A DNA stretch of 64,000 nt from contig JAQTYB010000002.1 of NCBI GenBank assembly GCA_028688475.1, positions 10,126 through 74,125 on the forward strand. Reading direction: 5' to 3'. The stretch comes from Elusimicrobiales bacterium. Lineage in GTDB: Bacteria > Elusimicrobiota > Elusimicrobia > Elusimicrobiales > Elusimicrobiaceae. The position numbers and the translations under genes are program-made. This document shows, one piece after another, positions 52,674 to 62,748 of this stretch (position 1 is its first letter; every line of letters starts with the position of its first letter). The notes under the pieces are model-generated. The model saw nothing but the letters and a program-made list of their open reading frames with translations. It was not told where the DNA came from and did no database searches.

Positions 52674-53086
52674 TGCACACGAGCAAAAAACCGGCGGTAT
52701 ACCTCATAGACGGGCTAAATTACGTGAGAAGCCACCTCGCGCAAGGCGGCCCCGGCGAGGAAGACAGCGTAAGCGATTTTCTGGACTGGCTGGAATACGC
52801 GGCGCAGTATGCTCCGGCGGGGTCGTTTTTCCGCGTCGTGCTTGACGGCGGCTACCGGAACGTGGGCGCGACCGTCCGCGCGGGCGTGCGGGTGGATTTC
52901 TCGGAAGGCGAACGCGCCGACGACATCATTCTCGAGCACGCGCTTTATCTGCTGCGCGAGCGCCGTCGCCCCGTCGTGGTTTCCGACGACGGCGAACTGC
53001 TGTCGCGGGCGCGCGCCGAAGGCGTCAAAACCATCCGCTGCGAAAAATTCCACGCTTTCTGCCGTTCGGCTCTTCCGAACAAATAG
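52673..53086 (+). CDS. NYN-domain (YacP-like) predicted ribonuclease
   Basis: 137-aa ORF whose ATG overlaps the upstream TAA (TAATG). It contains VYLIDGLNYV, VVLDG and ADDIIL....VVVSDD. Confidence 0.6.
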   Translation: MHTSKKPAVYLIDGLNYVRSHLAQGGPGEEDSVSDFLDWLEYAAQYAPAGSFFRVVLDGGYRNVGATVRAGVRVDFSEGERADDIILEHALYLLRERRRPVVVSDDGELLSRARAEGVKTIRCEKFHAFCRSALPNK

Positions 53087-53203
53087 GTCTTTAGTCCCTA
53101 ATTCCCCGTGGGCCTTTGCGGCGCGAAAAATGGCCCTTAGGACCCGTGCGCGCGGCAGCGCAAACCGCTAGACTATGGCAACATCATTCGCAAAGGAGCC
53201 ACT

Positions 53204-54205
53204 ATGAAACCCGTCAGTCTCGCAGTCTCGCTGGTCCTGATGAACGTTCTGGCGACAGCAAACGTCCTGGCAGACTCAAGGACCGTTTACGGAACCGACG
53301 ACCGGATTGATTATTACGCCGCGCCGGCGGCTCTGCAAAAGCTGGCGGATTCCACCGTCGCGCTTTTCAAGGCGGACAATATCCAAGCGGACGGAACCCT
53401 GAATCTATCCAATTACGCCAAAAAATACGACCTCTGCAAAAGAGAACCCTTCGGCGAGCAGCCGGTAGGCGCTTTCTGCTCCGGCTCGCTGGTGGCGCCG
53501 GACATTATAATGACTGCCGGGCACTGCATACGAAACGACTCGGACTGCGCCAACACCAAGTTCATATTCGGTTTCGCGCTTAAAAGCGTCCGGATGCCTC
53601 ATAAAGCGCAGCCGGACGATATCTACTCGTGCGCCGGCATCATATCCCGGCAGCTTGACGCCGCGGGCGATTACGCCCTCATCAAACTCAATCGGCCCGC
53701 AACCAACCGCGTCCCGCTGAAGCTGAACCGCGGCGCAAATATCGCCGAGGGGGCGCACCTGCTGGTGATAGGCCATCCCATGGGGCTGCCGGTGAAAATA
53801 GCCGGAAACGCCAGTGTGAGGGATGCCTCCCAACCAGGATTTTTCGTTGCTAACCTAGATACTTACGGTGGAAATTCGGGCTCCGCAGTATTCAACGCCG
53901 AGACGCATCTCGTGGAAGGAATACTGGTCCGCGGCGACGATGATCTGGTGGGCAGCACGGAACAGGATACCACAGGGCAACAGCACCCGTGCCAAATCTC
54001 CAACGTGAATCCCGACGACGGAGGCAGGGGCGAGGACGTCACTAAAATATCCCTCGTGCTGCCGTTCCTGCCCGCCGCCGGCGCGCAGAAGGCGCGCGCG
54101 CACGACCCTGAAACCATTCCCGTCGCGGTCAAGCTCGCCGCGCCGGATGAAGGCACGGATTCAAAACTGCTCCGCATAATGTCGGCCCTAGACAACAGCC
54201 GGTAA
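53204..54205 (+). CDS. secreted trypsin-like (S1 family) serine protease
   Basis: Signal peptide MKPVSLAVSLVLMNVLATANVLA. The catalytic triad contexts are TAGHC, DYALIKL and GGNSGSAVF. Confidence 0.8.
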   Translation: MKPVSLAVSLVLMNVLATANVLADSRTVYGTDDRIDYYAAPAALQKLADSTVALFKADNIQADGTLNLSNYAKKYDLCKREPFGEQPVGAFCSGSLVAPDIIMTAGHCIRNDSDCANTKFIFGFALKSVRMPHKAQPDDIYSCAGIISRQLDAAGDYALIKLNRPATNRVPLKLNRGANIAEGAHLLVIGHPMGLPVKIAGNASVRDASQPGFFVANLDTYGGNSGSAVFNAETHLVEGILVRGDDDLVGSTEQDTTGQQHPCQISNVNPDDGGRGEDVTKISLVLPFLPAAGAQKARAHDPETIPVAVKLAAPDEGTDSKLLRIMSALDNSR

Positions 54206-54218
54206 TCTAAAATCCAAA

Positions 54219-54259
54219 GGCGGCCCCCGGACGGATATTCCGTCCGGGGGCCGTTTTTT
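54219..54259 (+). terminator. rho-independent terminator after the protease gene
   Basis: GGCGGCCCCCGGACGG-ATATT-CCGTCCGGGGGCCG followed by TTTTTT. Confidence 0.85.
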
Positions 54260-54262
54260 AAA

Positions 54263-54422
54263 CCCGGATTGTGCAATAGATAGCGAGGACAGAGACGGTG
54301 GATGGCGAGGACAGTTCGACGTAAAATTTGGAGCGAATAGCCGTAGCTATTCGCTCCAAGTTTTACACAGAAATGTCCCGCCAGCCGCCCTCGAATCCCG
54401 CTACTCTATTGCACAATCCGGG
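54263..54422. mobile_element. 160-bp MITE-like element with 18-bp perfect terminal inverted repeats and no ORF
   Basis: The TIRs are CCCGGATTGTGCAATAGA (54263-54280) and TCTATTGCACAATCCGGG (54405-54422). There is an internal direct repeat GCGAGGACAG x2 and a central perfect hairpin GGAGCGAATAGC-CGTA-GCTATTCGCTCC (54330-54357). Confidence 0.55.
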
Positions 54423-54575
54423 ATAATACCAGCCCGGCGCGGCGCGCAGTTCGGGGCGCAGCTCGCCGAAACCGCAATCGCCGATGCACAGAACGTTGAC
54501 GCCCAGTTTTTGCAGGGCGACGCAGAACCGGTAAAAATTCGGCGGGAAATGAGGGGAAAGGAATACAAAGTTCAT
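54423..54575 (-). pseudogene. 5' fragment (~51 codons) of an ATP-grasp family gene, truncated at the MITE-like element
   Basis: MNFVFLSPHFPPNFYRFCVALQKLGVNVLCIGD...ELRPELRAAPGWYY resembles, from memory, the N-terminus of a widespread ATP-grasp protein family. The reading frame runs straight into the element's TIR. Confidence 0.4.
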
Positions 54576-54619
54576 CGTAATTTCATCCGGCGCGGTCTTG
54601 CCCGTTTGGCGCGGCGGAT

Positions 54620-55050
54620 TCAGCCGCGCATGGCGCGGCGGCGGGGCAGCGCCGTTTTCGCCTTAAGCCGTAGCAGCGCGACCTTGAGCGCGGCCTCGGC
54701 GGCGTCAATATCCATATCGGGATGTCGGGACGCCAGCGCGCTTTTGGCTTTTTCAACGTCCTGGCGCGCTTTTTCCCCGTCTATCTCCTCGGCGAGTTCG
54801 GCGGCTTCGGCGAACACCGCCACCTCGTCGCGGAACACCTCCGCGAAACCGCCCATCACGGCGAAAACGCCGGTGTCCCCACCGTCTTTGTAGCGCAAAA
54901 TCCCCTCCCGCAACTGCACCAGCGCGGCGGCGTGGCCCGGCAGCACTCCCATCTCGCCGTCCCAGGCGGGCAGGGCGACGGAATCAACCGCCCGCTCCAG
55001 CACCGGTTTTTCGGGCGTGATTATCACCAGCCGCAGGCTTGCCCCGGGCA

Positions 55051-55051
<1 letters not shown>
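54620..55051 (-). CDS. atpC: F1Fo ATP synthase epsilon subunit
   Basis: 143-aa ORF with LVIITPEKPVLERAVDSVALPAWDGEMGVLPGHAA. Its start overlaps the atpD stop. Confidence 0.9.
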
Positions 55052-56499
<1,448 letters not shown>

Positions 56500-57402
56500 T
56501 CAGCCGTTCAAAGCCTCTGAACCGCCTACGATTTCGGAAATCTCCGTCGTTATCATGGACTGGCGAGTGCGGTTGAGCTTGAGCTTGAGCCCGTCCAGCA
56601 AATCCTCCGCGTTTTTGCCCGCCGACTCCATCGCGTTCATGCGCGCTGCCAGTTCGGCGGACTGAGATTCCAGCAGTATCCGGTAAAGCTGCGCTTTCAC
56701 ATAGCGCACCAGCAGCGCCTCGATGAGGCCGCGCTTGTCCGGCTCGAAAATAAAATCGTCACGGAACACGTCCTCTTTTGCCGGCGGCGGCGCGGGTTCA
56801 ACCGGCAGAAGCCGCTTGACCACGATGCGCTGGCTCAGCAGCGATTTGAACTCGTTATAAACCACCACCACTTCGCCGACCGCGCCGGAACGGACGAGAG
56901 GCAGCAATTGCCGGCCCAGCAGTTCGGCGTGTGCGTACGACGCTCTCGGGAAAATGCCGGTGAGCTCGTAGGACTGCTCGATATCGCCGGTTTTGACGCG
57001 CCGCAGATAGTCGCGCCCTTTTCTGCCGACGAAAAACGTTTTCACCTTGCGGCCCTTGTTGCGGCGGAGCCAGTCCAGAGCCGCGCGGATGACGGTTGAG
57101 TTGAACGGGCCGCACAAGCCTTTATCCGCCGTTATCACGACGAGCGCCGCGGGCGCGTCCGGCGCGGCCCCGCCGCACAATCCGCGGAAAACGGGGTTGA
57201 GCCCTATCTCGTCGCAGCGCAGTTCGTCAGCCAGACCGGTGGAGAGCAGTTCCTCCATTTTAGCCGCGAAAGGCCGCCCTGAGAGTATCGCCGACTGCGC
57301 GCGCTTGACCCGCGCCGAAGCCACCATTTTCATGGTGCGCATTATCTGGCGCGTGGCAGTGACGGATTTTATATTCCTGCGGATGTCTCGCAGCGATTCC
57401 AT
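56500..57402 (-). CDS. atpG: F1Fo ATP synthase gamma subunit
   Basis: 300-aa ORF with the N-terminus MESLRDIRRNIKSVTATRQIMRTMKMVA and the C-terminus RQSMITTEISEIVGG. Confidence 0.93.
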   Translation of the reverse strand: MESLRDIRRNIKSVTATRQIMRTMKMVASARVKRAQSAILSGRPFAAKMEELLSTGLADELRCDEIGLNPVFRGLCGGAAPDAPAALVVITADKGLCGPFNSTVIRAALDWLRRNKGRKVKTFFVGRKGRDYLRRVKTGDIEQSYELTGIFPRASYAHAELLGRQLLPLVRSGAVGEVVVVYNEFKSLLSQRIVVKRLLPVEPAPPPAKEDVFRDDFIFEPDKRGLIEALLVRYVKAQLYRILLESQSAELAARMNAMESAGKNAEDLLDGLKLKLNRTRQSMITTEISEIVGGSEALNG

Positions 57403-57403
57403 T

Positions 57404-58321
57404 TCACGCCTTCTTCTCCAGAAACTTCACATAATCCGCTATGCCGTCGGCGAGGCTCCAGGCCGAGGAGAAGCCTATCAACTTTTTCGCCAGCGCGGGC
57501 TGCGCCTGCGTCTTGTTCTGGTAGAAATCGTATGGATTTTCGATATACTCCGGCGGCAGCTGCGTACCGAGCCCGCGGTTGAGGCACTCTATGACGCTGT
57601 TGAAATTTTCCGGCTTTCCGGTGCCGACATTCACCACGCAGCTTTTTTTTGCGGCCAGAGCCTTCATATTCGCCGCAACGACGTCCTTGATATAGATAAA
57701 ATCGCGCATCTGCTCGCCGAATTTAAAAACGCGGGGGCGCTTGCCGGCTTTCATTTGCAGGTAAAGCTGGTACATCATGCTGGCGACCTTGCCCTTGTAA
57801 TTTTCGCGCGGGCCGTAGACGTTGAAATAGCGCAGGCCGACAAGCGTCATGTCAGGATGCGTTTTGGCGAAATCGCGCGCCACGTTGTCCATTATCGCCT
57901 TTGAAAACCCGTAGACGTTTTCCGGCGACGGGGTGTCCGTTTCCTTCATCGGGCAGGGCCCGTTGCCGTAGACGCCCGCAGAGGAGGCGTAAACCACGCG
58001 CGGCACGCCGTTTTCGGCGGCGAATTCCAGCGCGTTGCGCAAACCCTCGACGTTGACCTCCATCATGCGGCGCTGGTCGAGTACGGTGGTGTCGGTGATG
58101 GCGGCCTCGTGGAAAATAGCGTCGTATTTTCCGGCGAGCGGGGCGAAGGCGAACTCGTCTGTTATGTCGCCCGCGCAAACATAGCCTTTGAAACCGAGGA
58201 GATTCTTGAAATGCCCCGAGGAAAAATCGTCGAGCACCGCCACTTCATGGCCTTTCGACTCCAACTCGAAGGCGATGTTGCTGCCCACAAACCCGGCTCC
58301 GCCCGTAACAAGAAATTTCAT
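57404..58321 (-). CDS. hldD: NAD-dependent epimerase, ADP-L-glycero-D-manno-heptose-6-epimerase-like
   Basis: 305-aa ORF with TGGAGFVGSN and YGFSK. RYFNVYGPRENYKGKVASMMYQL and YQNKTQA closely resemble E. coli HldD as I remember it. Confidence 0.65.
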   Translation of the reverse strand: MKFLVTGGAGFVGSNIAFELESKGHEVAVLDDFSSGHFKNLLGFKGYVCAGDITDEFAFAPLAGKYDAIFHEAAITDTTVLDQRRMMEVNVEGLRNALEFAAENGVPRVVYASSAGVYGNGPCPMKETDTPSPENVYGFSKAIMDNVARDFAKTHPDMTLVGLRYFNVYGPRENYKGKVASMMYQLYLQMKAGKRPRVFKFGEQMRDFIYIKDVVAANMKALAAKKSCVVNVGTGKPENFNSVIECLNRGLGTQLPPEYIENPYDFYQNKTQAQPALAKKLIGFSSAWSLADGIADYVKFLEKKA

Positions 58322-58367
58322 CTTATCTCTCCTCCGAAAAAAATTTCAGCGGCATGAAAAACCGCGT

Positions 58368-59882
58368 TTACTTGAACCCGGCTCTGAACTCTTTTACCAG
58401 CGCGGACAGCTCGGTATTGAGCGCGTCGTCTATCTCCTTTTTTTCGCGTACACGGGCAAGCACGCCCGCGTAATTGGCGCGCGCGAATTTGAGCAGTCCG
58501 GCTTCAAACGGGCGCACGCGCGCGATGTCCACATCGTCGAGATAGCCGTTGACTCCCGCGAACAGCGACAGCACCTGCTCCTCGGCTTTCATGGGCGAGT
58601 ACTGGTCCTGCTTGAGAAGCTCGGTCATGCGGTCGCCGCGCGCGAGCTGGCGGCGGGATTCCTTGTCGAGGTCCGAGCCGAACTGGGCGAACGCCGCCAA
58701 ATCGTGATACTGCGCGAGGTCGCCGCGCAGACGGCCCGCCACCTTGCGCATCGCCTTTATCTGCGCCACGCCGCCGACGCGCGAAACAGATATTCCGACG
58801 TTCACCGCCGGACGCACGCCGGAGTAGAAAAGGCTGCTTTCGAGATAAATCTGCCCGTCGGTGATTGAGATGACGTTCGTGGGAATGTAGGCGGAAACGT
58901 CGTTGGCCTGCGTTTCGATGATGGGCAGCGCGGTGAGCGAGCCGCCGCCCGCGTCGGCGCTGAGCCGGCAGGCGCGTTCGAGCAGCCTGGAATGGAGATA
59001 AAAAACGTCGCCGGGATAGGCTTCGCGCCCGGGCGGGCGGCGCAGCAAAAGCGACATCTGGCGGTAGGACTGAGCGTGCTTTGTGAGGTCGTCGTAAATG
59101 ATGAGCACGTCGCGCCCTTTCCACATGAAGTATTCTGCCATCGAGGTTCCGGCGTAGGGCGCCATGTAAAGCATGGAGGCCGGCTCGCTGGCGCAGGCCG
59201 CGACGACTATGGTGTATTCCATCGCGCCGTGGTCGGAAAGCGTTTTCACCACCTGCGCGACGGTGGACTGTTTTTGCCCTATCGCGACGTAAACGCAGAT
59301 GACACGCTTGTCCGGCGGAGCGTCCTTCTGGTTGATGATGGTGTCGAGAGCGATGGCGGTTTTCCCGGTCTGCCGGTCGCCGATGATGAGCTCGCGCTGG
59401 CCGCGGCCTATGGGGATGATAGCGTCCACGGCCTTGAGGCCGGTTTGCAGCGGCACCTTGACCGGCTGGCGCTCCACGATGCCGGGCGCCACCACTTCCA
59501 GCGGGCGCGAAGACGAGGTTTTCACCGGCCCCTTGCCGTCCAGCGGCAGGCCAAGCGGATTGACCACGCGGCCTGTCAGTTCGTCGCCGACGGGCACGTC
59601 CAGCACGCGGCCCGTGCGGCGCACTATGTCGCCTTCCTTTACAAGCCTGTCCTCGCCCATCAGCACGCAGCCGACGTTATCGTGCTCGAGATTGAGCGCC
59701 AGGCCGCGCACTCCGTTTGGAAATTCCAGCAGTTCGCCCGACATGGCGTTTGAAAGCCCGTAAACGCGGGCAATGCCGTCGCCCACCTGCAAGACGTTTC
59801 CCACCTCTGCGATATCCGCCTTCGGAATGTAGCCCTCGATTTGACGCCGTATTATTTCCGTTATTTCCTCTGGACGTATCAT
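58368..59882 (-). CDS. atpA: F1Fo ATP synthase alpha subunit
   Basis: 504-aa ORF with Walker A GDRQTGKT and typical alpha-subunit sequence throughout. Confidence 0.97.
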   Translation of the reverse strand: MIRPEEITEIIRRQIEGYIPKADIAEVGNVLQVGDGIARVYGLSNAMSGELLEFPNGVRGLALNLEHDNVGCVLMGEDRLVKEGDIVRRTGRVLDVPVGDELTGRVVNPLGLPLDGKGPVKTSSSRPLEVVAPGIVERQPVKVPLQTGLKAVDAIIPIGRGQRELIIGDRQTGKTAIALDTIINQKDAPPDKRVICVYVAIGQKQSTVAQVVKTLSDHGAMEYTIVVAACASEPASMLYMAPYAGTSMAEYFMWKGRDVLIIYDDLTKHAQSYRQMSLLLRRPPGREAYPGDVFYLHSRLLERACRLSADAGGGSLTALPIIETQANDVSAYIPTNVISITDGQIYLESSLFYSGVRPAVNVGISVSRVGGVAQIKAMRKVAGRLRGDLAQYHDLAAFAQFGSDLDKESRRQLARGDRMTELLKQDQYSPMKAEEQVLSLFAGVNGYLDDVDIARVRPFEAGLLKFARANYAGVLARVREKKEIDDALNTELSALVKEFRAGFK

Positions 59883-59883
59883 C

Positions 59884-60420
59884 TCAATAAGCTCCGCCGG
59901 AAATTTGTTTTTTCAACCGCTCCGCCGCGCCGCGCGCTGAAGCGTCCACCAAAGTATCCGCCACCCGCGCCGTGAATCCGCCTATAAGCGCCGCATCCTC
60001 GGCGGTTTCAAGCCGCACCTGCGCGCCGGACAAGCGCTCCAGCGCGCGTTTCAAGACAGCCGTGTTTTCCCTGTCCAGCGGCGCGGCGGAAACCACGCGG
60101 GATAAGACAATGCCTTCCCGTTCGTCGCACAGGGCCTGCGCATCCGCCAGCACCGCGTCCAGCAGATTAAATCGCCGCACCCCGAGCAGCAGTTCCAGCA
60201 GCGAAAACGCCGCCGCGCCCTTGCCGGCAGGCAGCCTGCCGTTGAGAATATCGCTTTTCACCCGCGCAGGGATAAGCGGGCTGGCGAGATATTCCATCAC
60301 CCCGTCAAGCTGGCCGCGCTGCGCGGCCAGCGCTTCCACGCCGGCGCGCGGTTTGCCGCCGCAGGCCGCCACGAAAGCCCGCGCGTAGCGCCTGGCGAGA
60401 ATCCTGTCCGCCGCTTTCAT
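59884..60420 (-). CDS. atpH: F1Fo ATP synthase delta (OSCP) subunit
   Basis: 178-aa ORF between atpF and atpA with [10 protein letters not shown] and a C-terminal [17 protein letters not shown] motif. Confidence 0.85.
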   Translation of the reverse strand: MKAADRILARRYARAFVAACGGKPRAGVEALAAQRGQLDGVMEYLASPLIPARVKSDILNGRLPAGKGAAAFSLLELLLGVRRFNLLDAVLADAQALCDEREGIVLSRVVSAAPLDRENTAVLKRALERLSGAQVRLETAEDAALIGGFTARVADTLVDASARGAAERLKKQISGGAY

Positions 60421-60929
60421 CCCGCCCCGCCGCCTTTAAGCGACTGCACTTCCCGCAGGAAGCCGTCCACGGACTCTTTAGCGGATTTTTTGTCAACCTC
60501 GCGCCCGATTATGCGCTCGGCGGCGGCGATGGAAAGCCCCGCCACCTCCGCGCGCAGTTCGGCTATAAGCCTGTCCCGCTGCGCTTCGAGGTCGCGCTTC
60601 GACGCGGCGGCGATTTCCTCCGCCTGTTTTTTCGCCGCGTTGAGCAGGTCTTCTTTTTCCTTCGCGCCGGCGGCGGCGGCTTTGGCCATCGCGGCCTCGG
60701 TCTCCTGCGCCAGCCGCGCCAGCCGCTCGTCCAACTCGGCCCTGGCGTGCTCGGACGCGGCGCGCGCTTCGCGCGCGGCCTCAACGTCGGCTTTTATCCT
60801 GTTCTCGCGCTCTTCGAGGGCTTTCAGCACGGGCTTCCAGCCGAACTTGCCCAGCACGAGCACCAGCAGCGCGAAATTAAGGACGGTCCAGAAAACCAGG
60901 CCGAAATCCGGCTTTATCAGGTTTTCCAT
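60417..60929 (-). CDS. atpF: F1Fo ATP synthase b subunit
   Basis: 170-aa ORF with an N-terminal TM helix (FWTVLNFALLVLVLGKF) and a long charged helix. Confidence 0.88.
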   Translation of the reverse strand: MENLIKPDFGLVFWTVLNFALLVLVLGKFGWKPVLKALEERENRIKADVEAAREARAASEHARAELDERLARLAQETEAAMAKAAAAGAKEKEDLLNAAKKQAEEIAAASKRDLEAQRDRLIAELRAEVAGLSIAAAERIIGREVDKKSAKESVDGFLREVQSLKGGGAG

Positions 60930-60953
60930 AGCAACGTCCGCCTCCGGGCGGAA

Positions 60954-61259
60954 TTATTGCGCCGCTTGAGCGGCGGTCTGCTGAACCGGCGCGGGCGCGG
61001 CTTCGCTGATGGCCGGCTTGCTGAAGTTCATGACGGCAAGCAGGCAGACGATGAGGCCGAAAAATCCGAGGCCTTCTATGAGCGCCGCGGCGATAATCAT
61101 CGTGGTGCGCAGCGTGCCGCTGGCTTCCGGCTGCCTGGCGGTGCCTTCCAGCGCGGCGGCGGCGAGCTTGCCGATGCCGAGTCCCGAGCCGATAAGCACC
61201 AATCCCGCGCCAAGCCCCGCGCCGAGATATCCGTAACCTATATACAGTGTGTCTCCCAT
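60954..61259 (-). CDS. atpE: F1Fo ATP synthase c subunit with a ~22-aa C-terminal extension
   Basis: It has the hairpin with loop ARQPE and the carboxylate in AAALIEGLGFFGL. After the second helix there is an extra tail, SKPAISEAAPAPVQQTAAQAAQ. Confidence 0.9.
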   Translation of the reverse strand: MGDTLYIGYGYLGAGLGAGLVLIGSGLGIGKLAAAALEGTARQPEASGTLRTTMIIAAALIEGLGFFGLIVCLLAVMNFSKPAISEAAPAPVQQTAAQAAQ

Positions 61260-61271
61260 GTCATTTATCTC

Positions 61272-62033
61272 CTAGTGGGGATGCATTGCCATCCCCGTGA
61301 AAATAGTCGTCAGAAAAGTGAAGATGTACGCTTGCAGCACCGCCACAAGCACTTCCAGCAGCGTGACAAAAAGCGCCATCGGCACCGCGGCGGGGACGGT
61401 AATCAGCCAGTCCGCCACGGGACTTATGCTTCCGAAAATGAAAATCAGCCCGAACAGCGCCAGCAGGACGAAATGCCCCGCCACCATGTTCGCGAAAAGA
61501 CGAATGCAGAGCGCGAACGTCTTGGCTATCATGCCGAGTATCTCTATAGGAAACAGCATCGGGTACAGCCAGCCCGGCACGCCGTGCGGCACCAGCGTTT
61601 TGACGTAATGGAAAAATCCCTGCTGGCGTATGCCAGCGAAATTGACAAGCGCAAACGTGGTGAGCGCGAGCCCCGCCGTCACGGAAACGTTGCCGGTCGC
61701 TGTCGCGCCGAAAGGCACGAGGCCGATGCAGTTGCAAAGCAATATGAAGCAGAAAAGCGTGCAGAAATAAGGGGTGTAGCCCGCGCCTTCCCTGCCGAGA
61801 TTGGGCAGCACGATATCGTCGCGGATAAACACCGCCGTGCCTTCTATAAGCGTGCGCGCGGGCAGGAGCGCGCGGGATTTTGAGCGGAAAACAAGCGGGA
61901 TAAAAAATATCAGCAGCCCCGACGCCAGCCACATCATCAGCAGATGCCGCGTAACCGGCAGAGAAAAACCCGCGACCGTCAGCCGCGCGTAAACGTGGTC
62001 TATTATATGGTGTTCAAAAATTTCAGCGAGCAT
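61272..62033 (-). CDS. atpB: F1Fo ATP synthase a subunit
   Basis: 253-aa polytopic ORF with the essential Arg context (LCIRLFANMVAGH). Confidence 0.92.
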   Translation of the reverse strand: MLAEIFEHHIIDHVYARLTVAGFSLPVTRHLLMMWLASGLLIFFIPLVFRSKSRALLPARTLIEGTAVFIRDDIVLPNLGREGAGYTPYFCTLFCFILLCNCIGLVPFGATATGNVSVTAGLALTTFALVNFAGIRQQGFFHYVKTLVPHGVPGWLYPMLFPIEILGMIAKTFALCIRLFANMVAGHFVLLALFGLIFIFGSISPVADWLITVPAAVPMALFVTLLEVLVAVLQAYIFTFLTTIFTGMAMHPH

Positions 62034-62307
62034 GTTTTTCGCGTAAAGCGGGATTGACCGCCAGCAGCGCTGTCTGCACGGCGAGCATGCATAGCGCGAA
62101 TATCACCGCGTTGAACCTGCCGTAATGCCGCAGCGCCGCCATAAACAGCGTGACAACCACGCACATCCTGATGAAAATGCCGCCCAGCCAGACTGTGTAA
62201 AAAATTTTATCGCCCTTGCCGGCAACCCGCGAGACCGCCCAGCCGGAAATAAATCCGGTGACGGTTCCGCAAGCAAAGCCGTATGCGGCAAGCAGTACAG
62301 AGGTCAT
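62023..62307 (-). CDS. atpI: AtpI-like small membrane protein
   Basis: ORF 62023-62373 trimmed to ATG 62307. It has about 3-4 TM helices and sits in the canonical position upstream of atpB. Confidence 0.5.
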   Translation of the reverse strand: MTSVLLAAYGFACGTVTGFISGWAVSRVAGKGDKIFYTVWLGGIFIRMCVVVTLFMAALRHYGRFNAVIFALCMLAVQTALLAVNPALREKHAR

Positions 62308-62326
62308 TTTTGAAACCCTTGCGCGA

Positions 62327-62527
62327 CTATTTATCGAAAATTTCGCGCGCCGCCGTGTAAAACCCCGCGGCAAGACCCGCCGCCGCCCCCGCCAGCATCA
62401 GCCACGGCCCGGTGCGCAGCTTTTTATCCAACCAGTATCCCGCGATGAAACCGGCGAAAACGCAAACCGCGATTTCGATGCCGATTTGCGCGAACCGCCA
62501 CGGCGATTTTTCTTCACCGGCCATCAT
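62327..62527 (-). CDS. atpZ: AtpZ/AtpR-type small membrane protein (ATPase_gene1 family)
   Basis: 66 aa with two TM helices (WRFAQIGIEIAVCVFAGFIAGYWLD and PWLMLAGAAAGLAAGFY). It is the first gene of the atp operon. Confidence 0.6.
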   Translation of the reverse strand: MMAGEEKSPWRFAQIGIEIAVCVFAGFIAGYWLDKKLRTGPWLMLAGAAAGLAAGFYTAAREIFDK

Positions 62528-62748
62528 TTAATTATCCCAAAAGAAAACAGTTGTGTAAACAACGGGGCGCCAACGGGGGGGCAAGCCATATAGGTCTAAA
62601 GGGTAACATGCACTAGGTCTTTAGACCCATGCGCTATATGGGCCATGTGGTATCATACGGATGGGTCTAACGGCACCTTGTAATGCAGCGGAACACAAAA
62701 CCGGCGCACACAGGGCGGCCGAAATAAACACGGAGGATACACCAGAAC

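Noticed and set aside
60747-61883. 378-aa + strand ORF across atpF/atpE/atpB. Similar antisense ORFs lie opposite atpD (55501-56412), dcp (32960-34630) and the YfhO-like gene (2955-3818).
   Set aside because: They lie opposite unmistakable conserved genes, and their products are Arg-rich low-complexity sequence. They are shadow ORFs.
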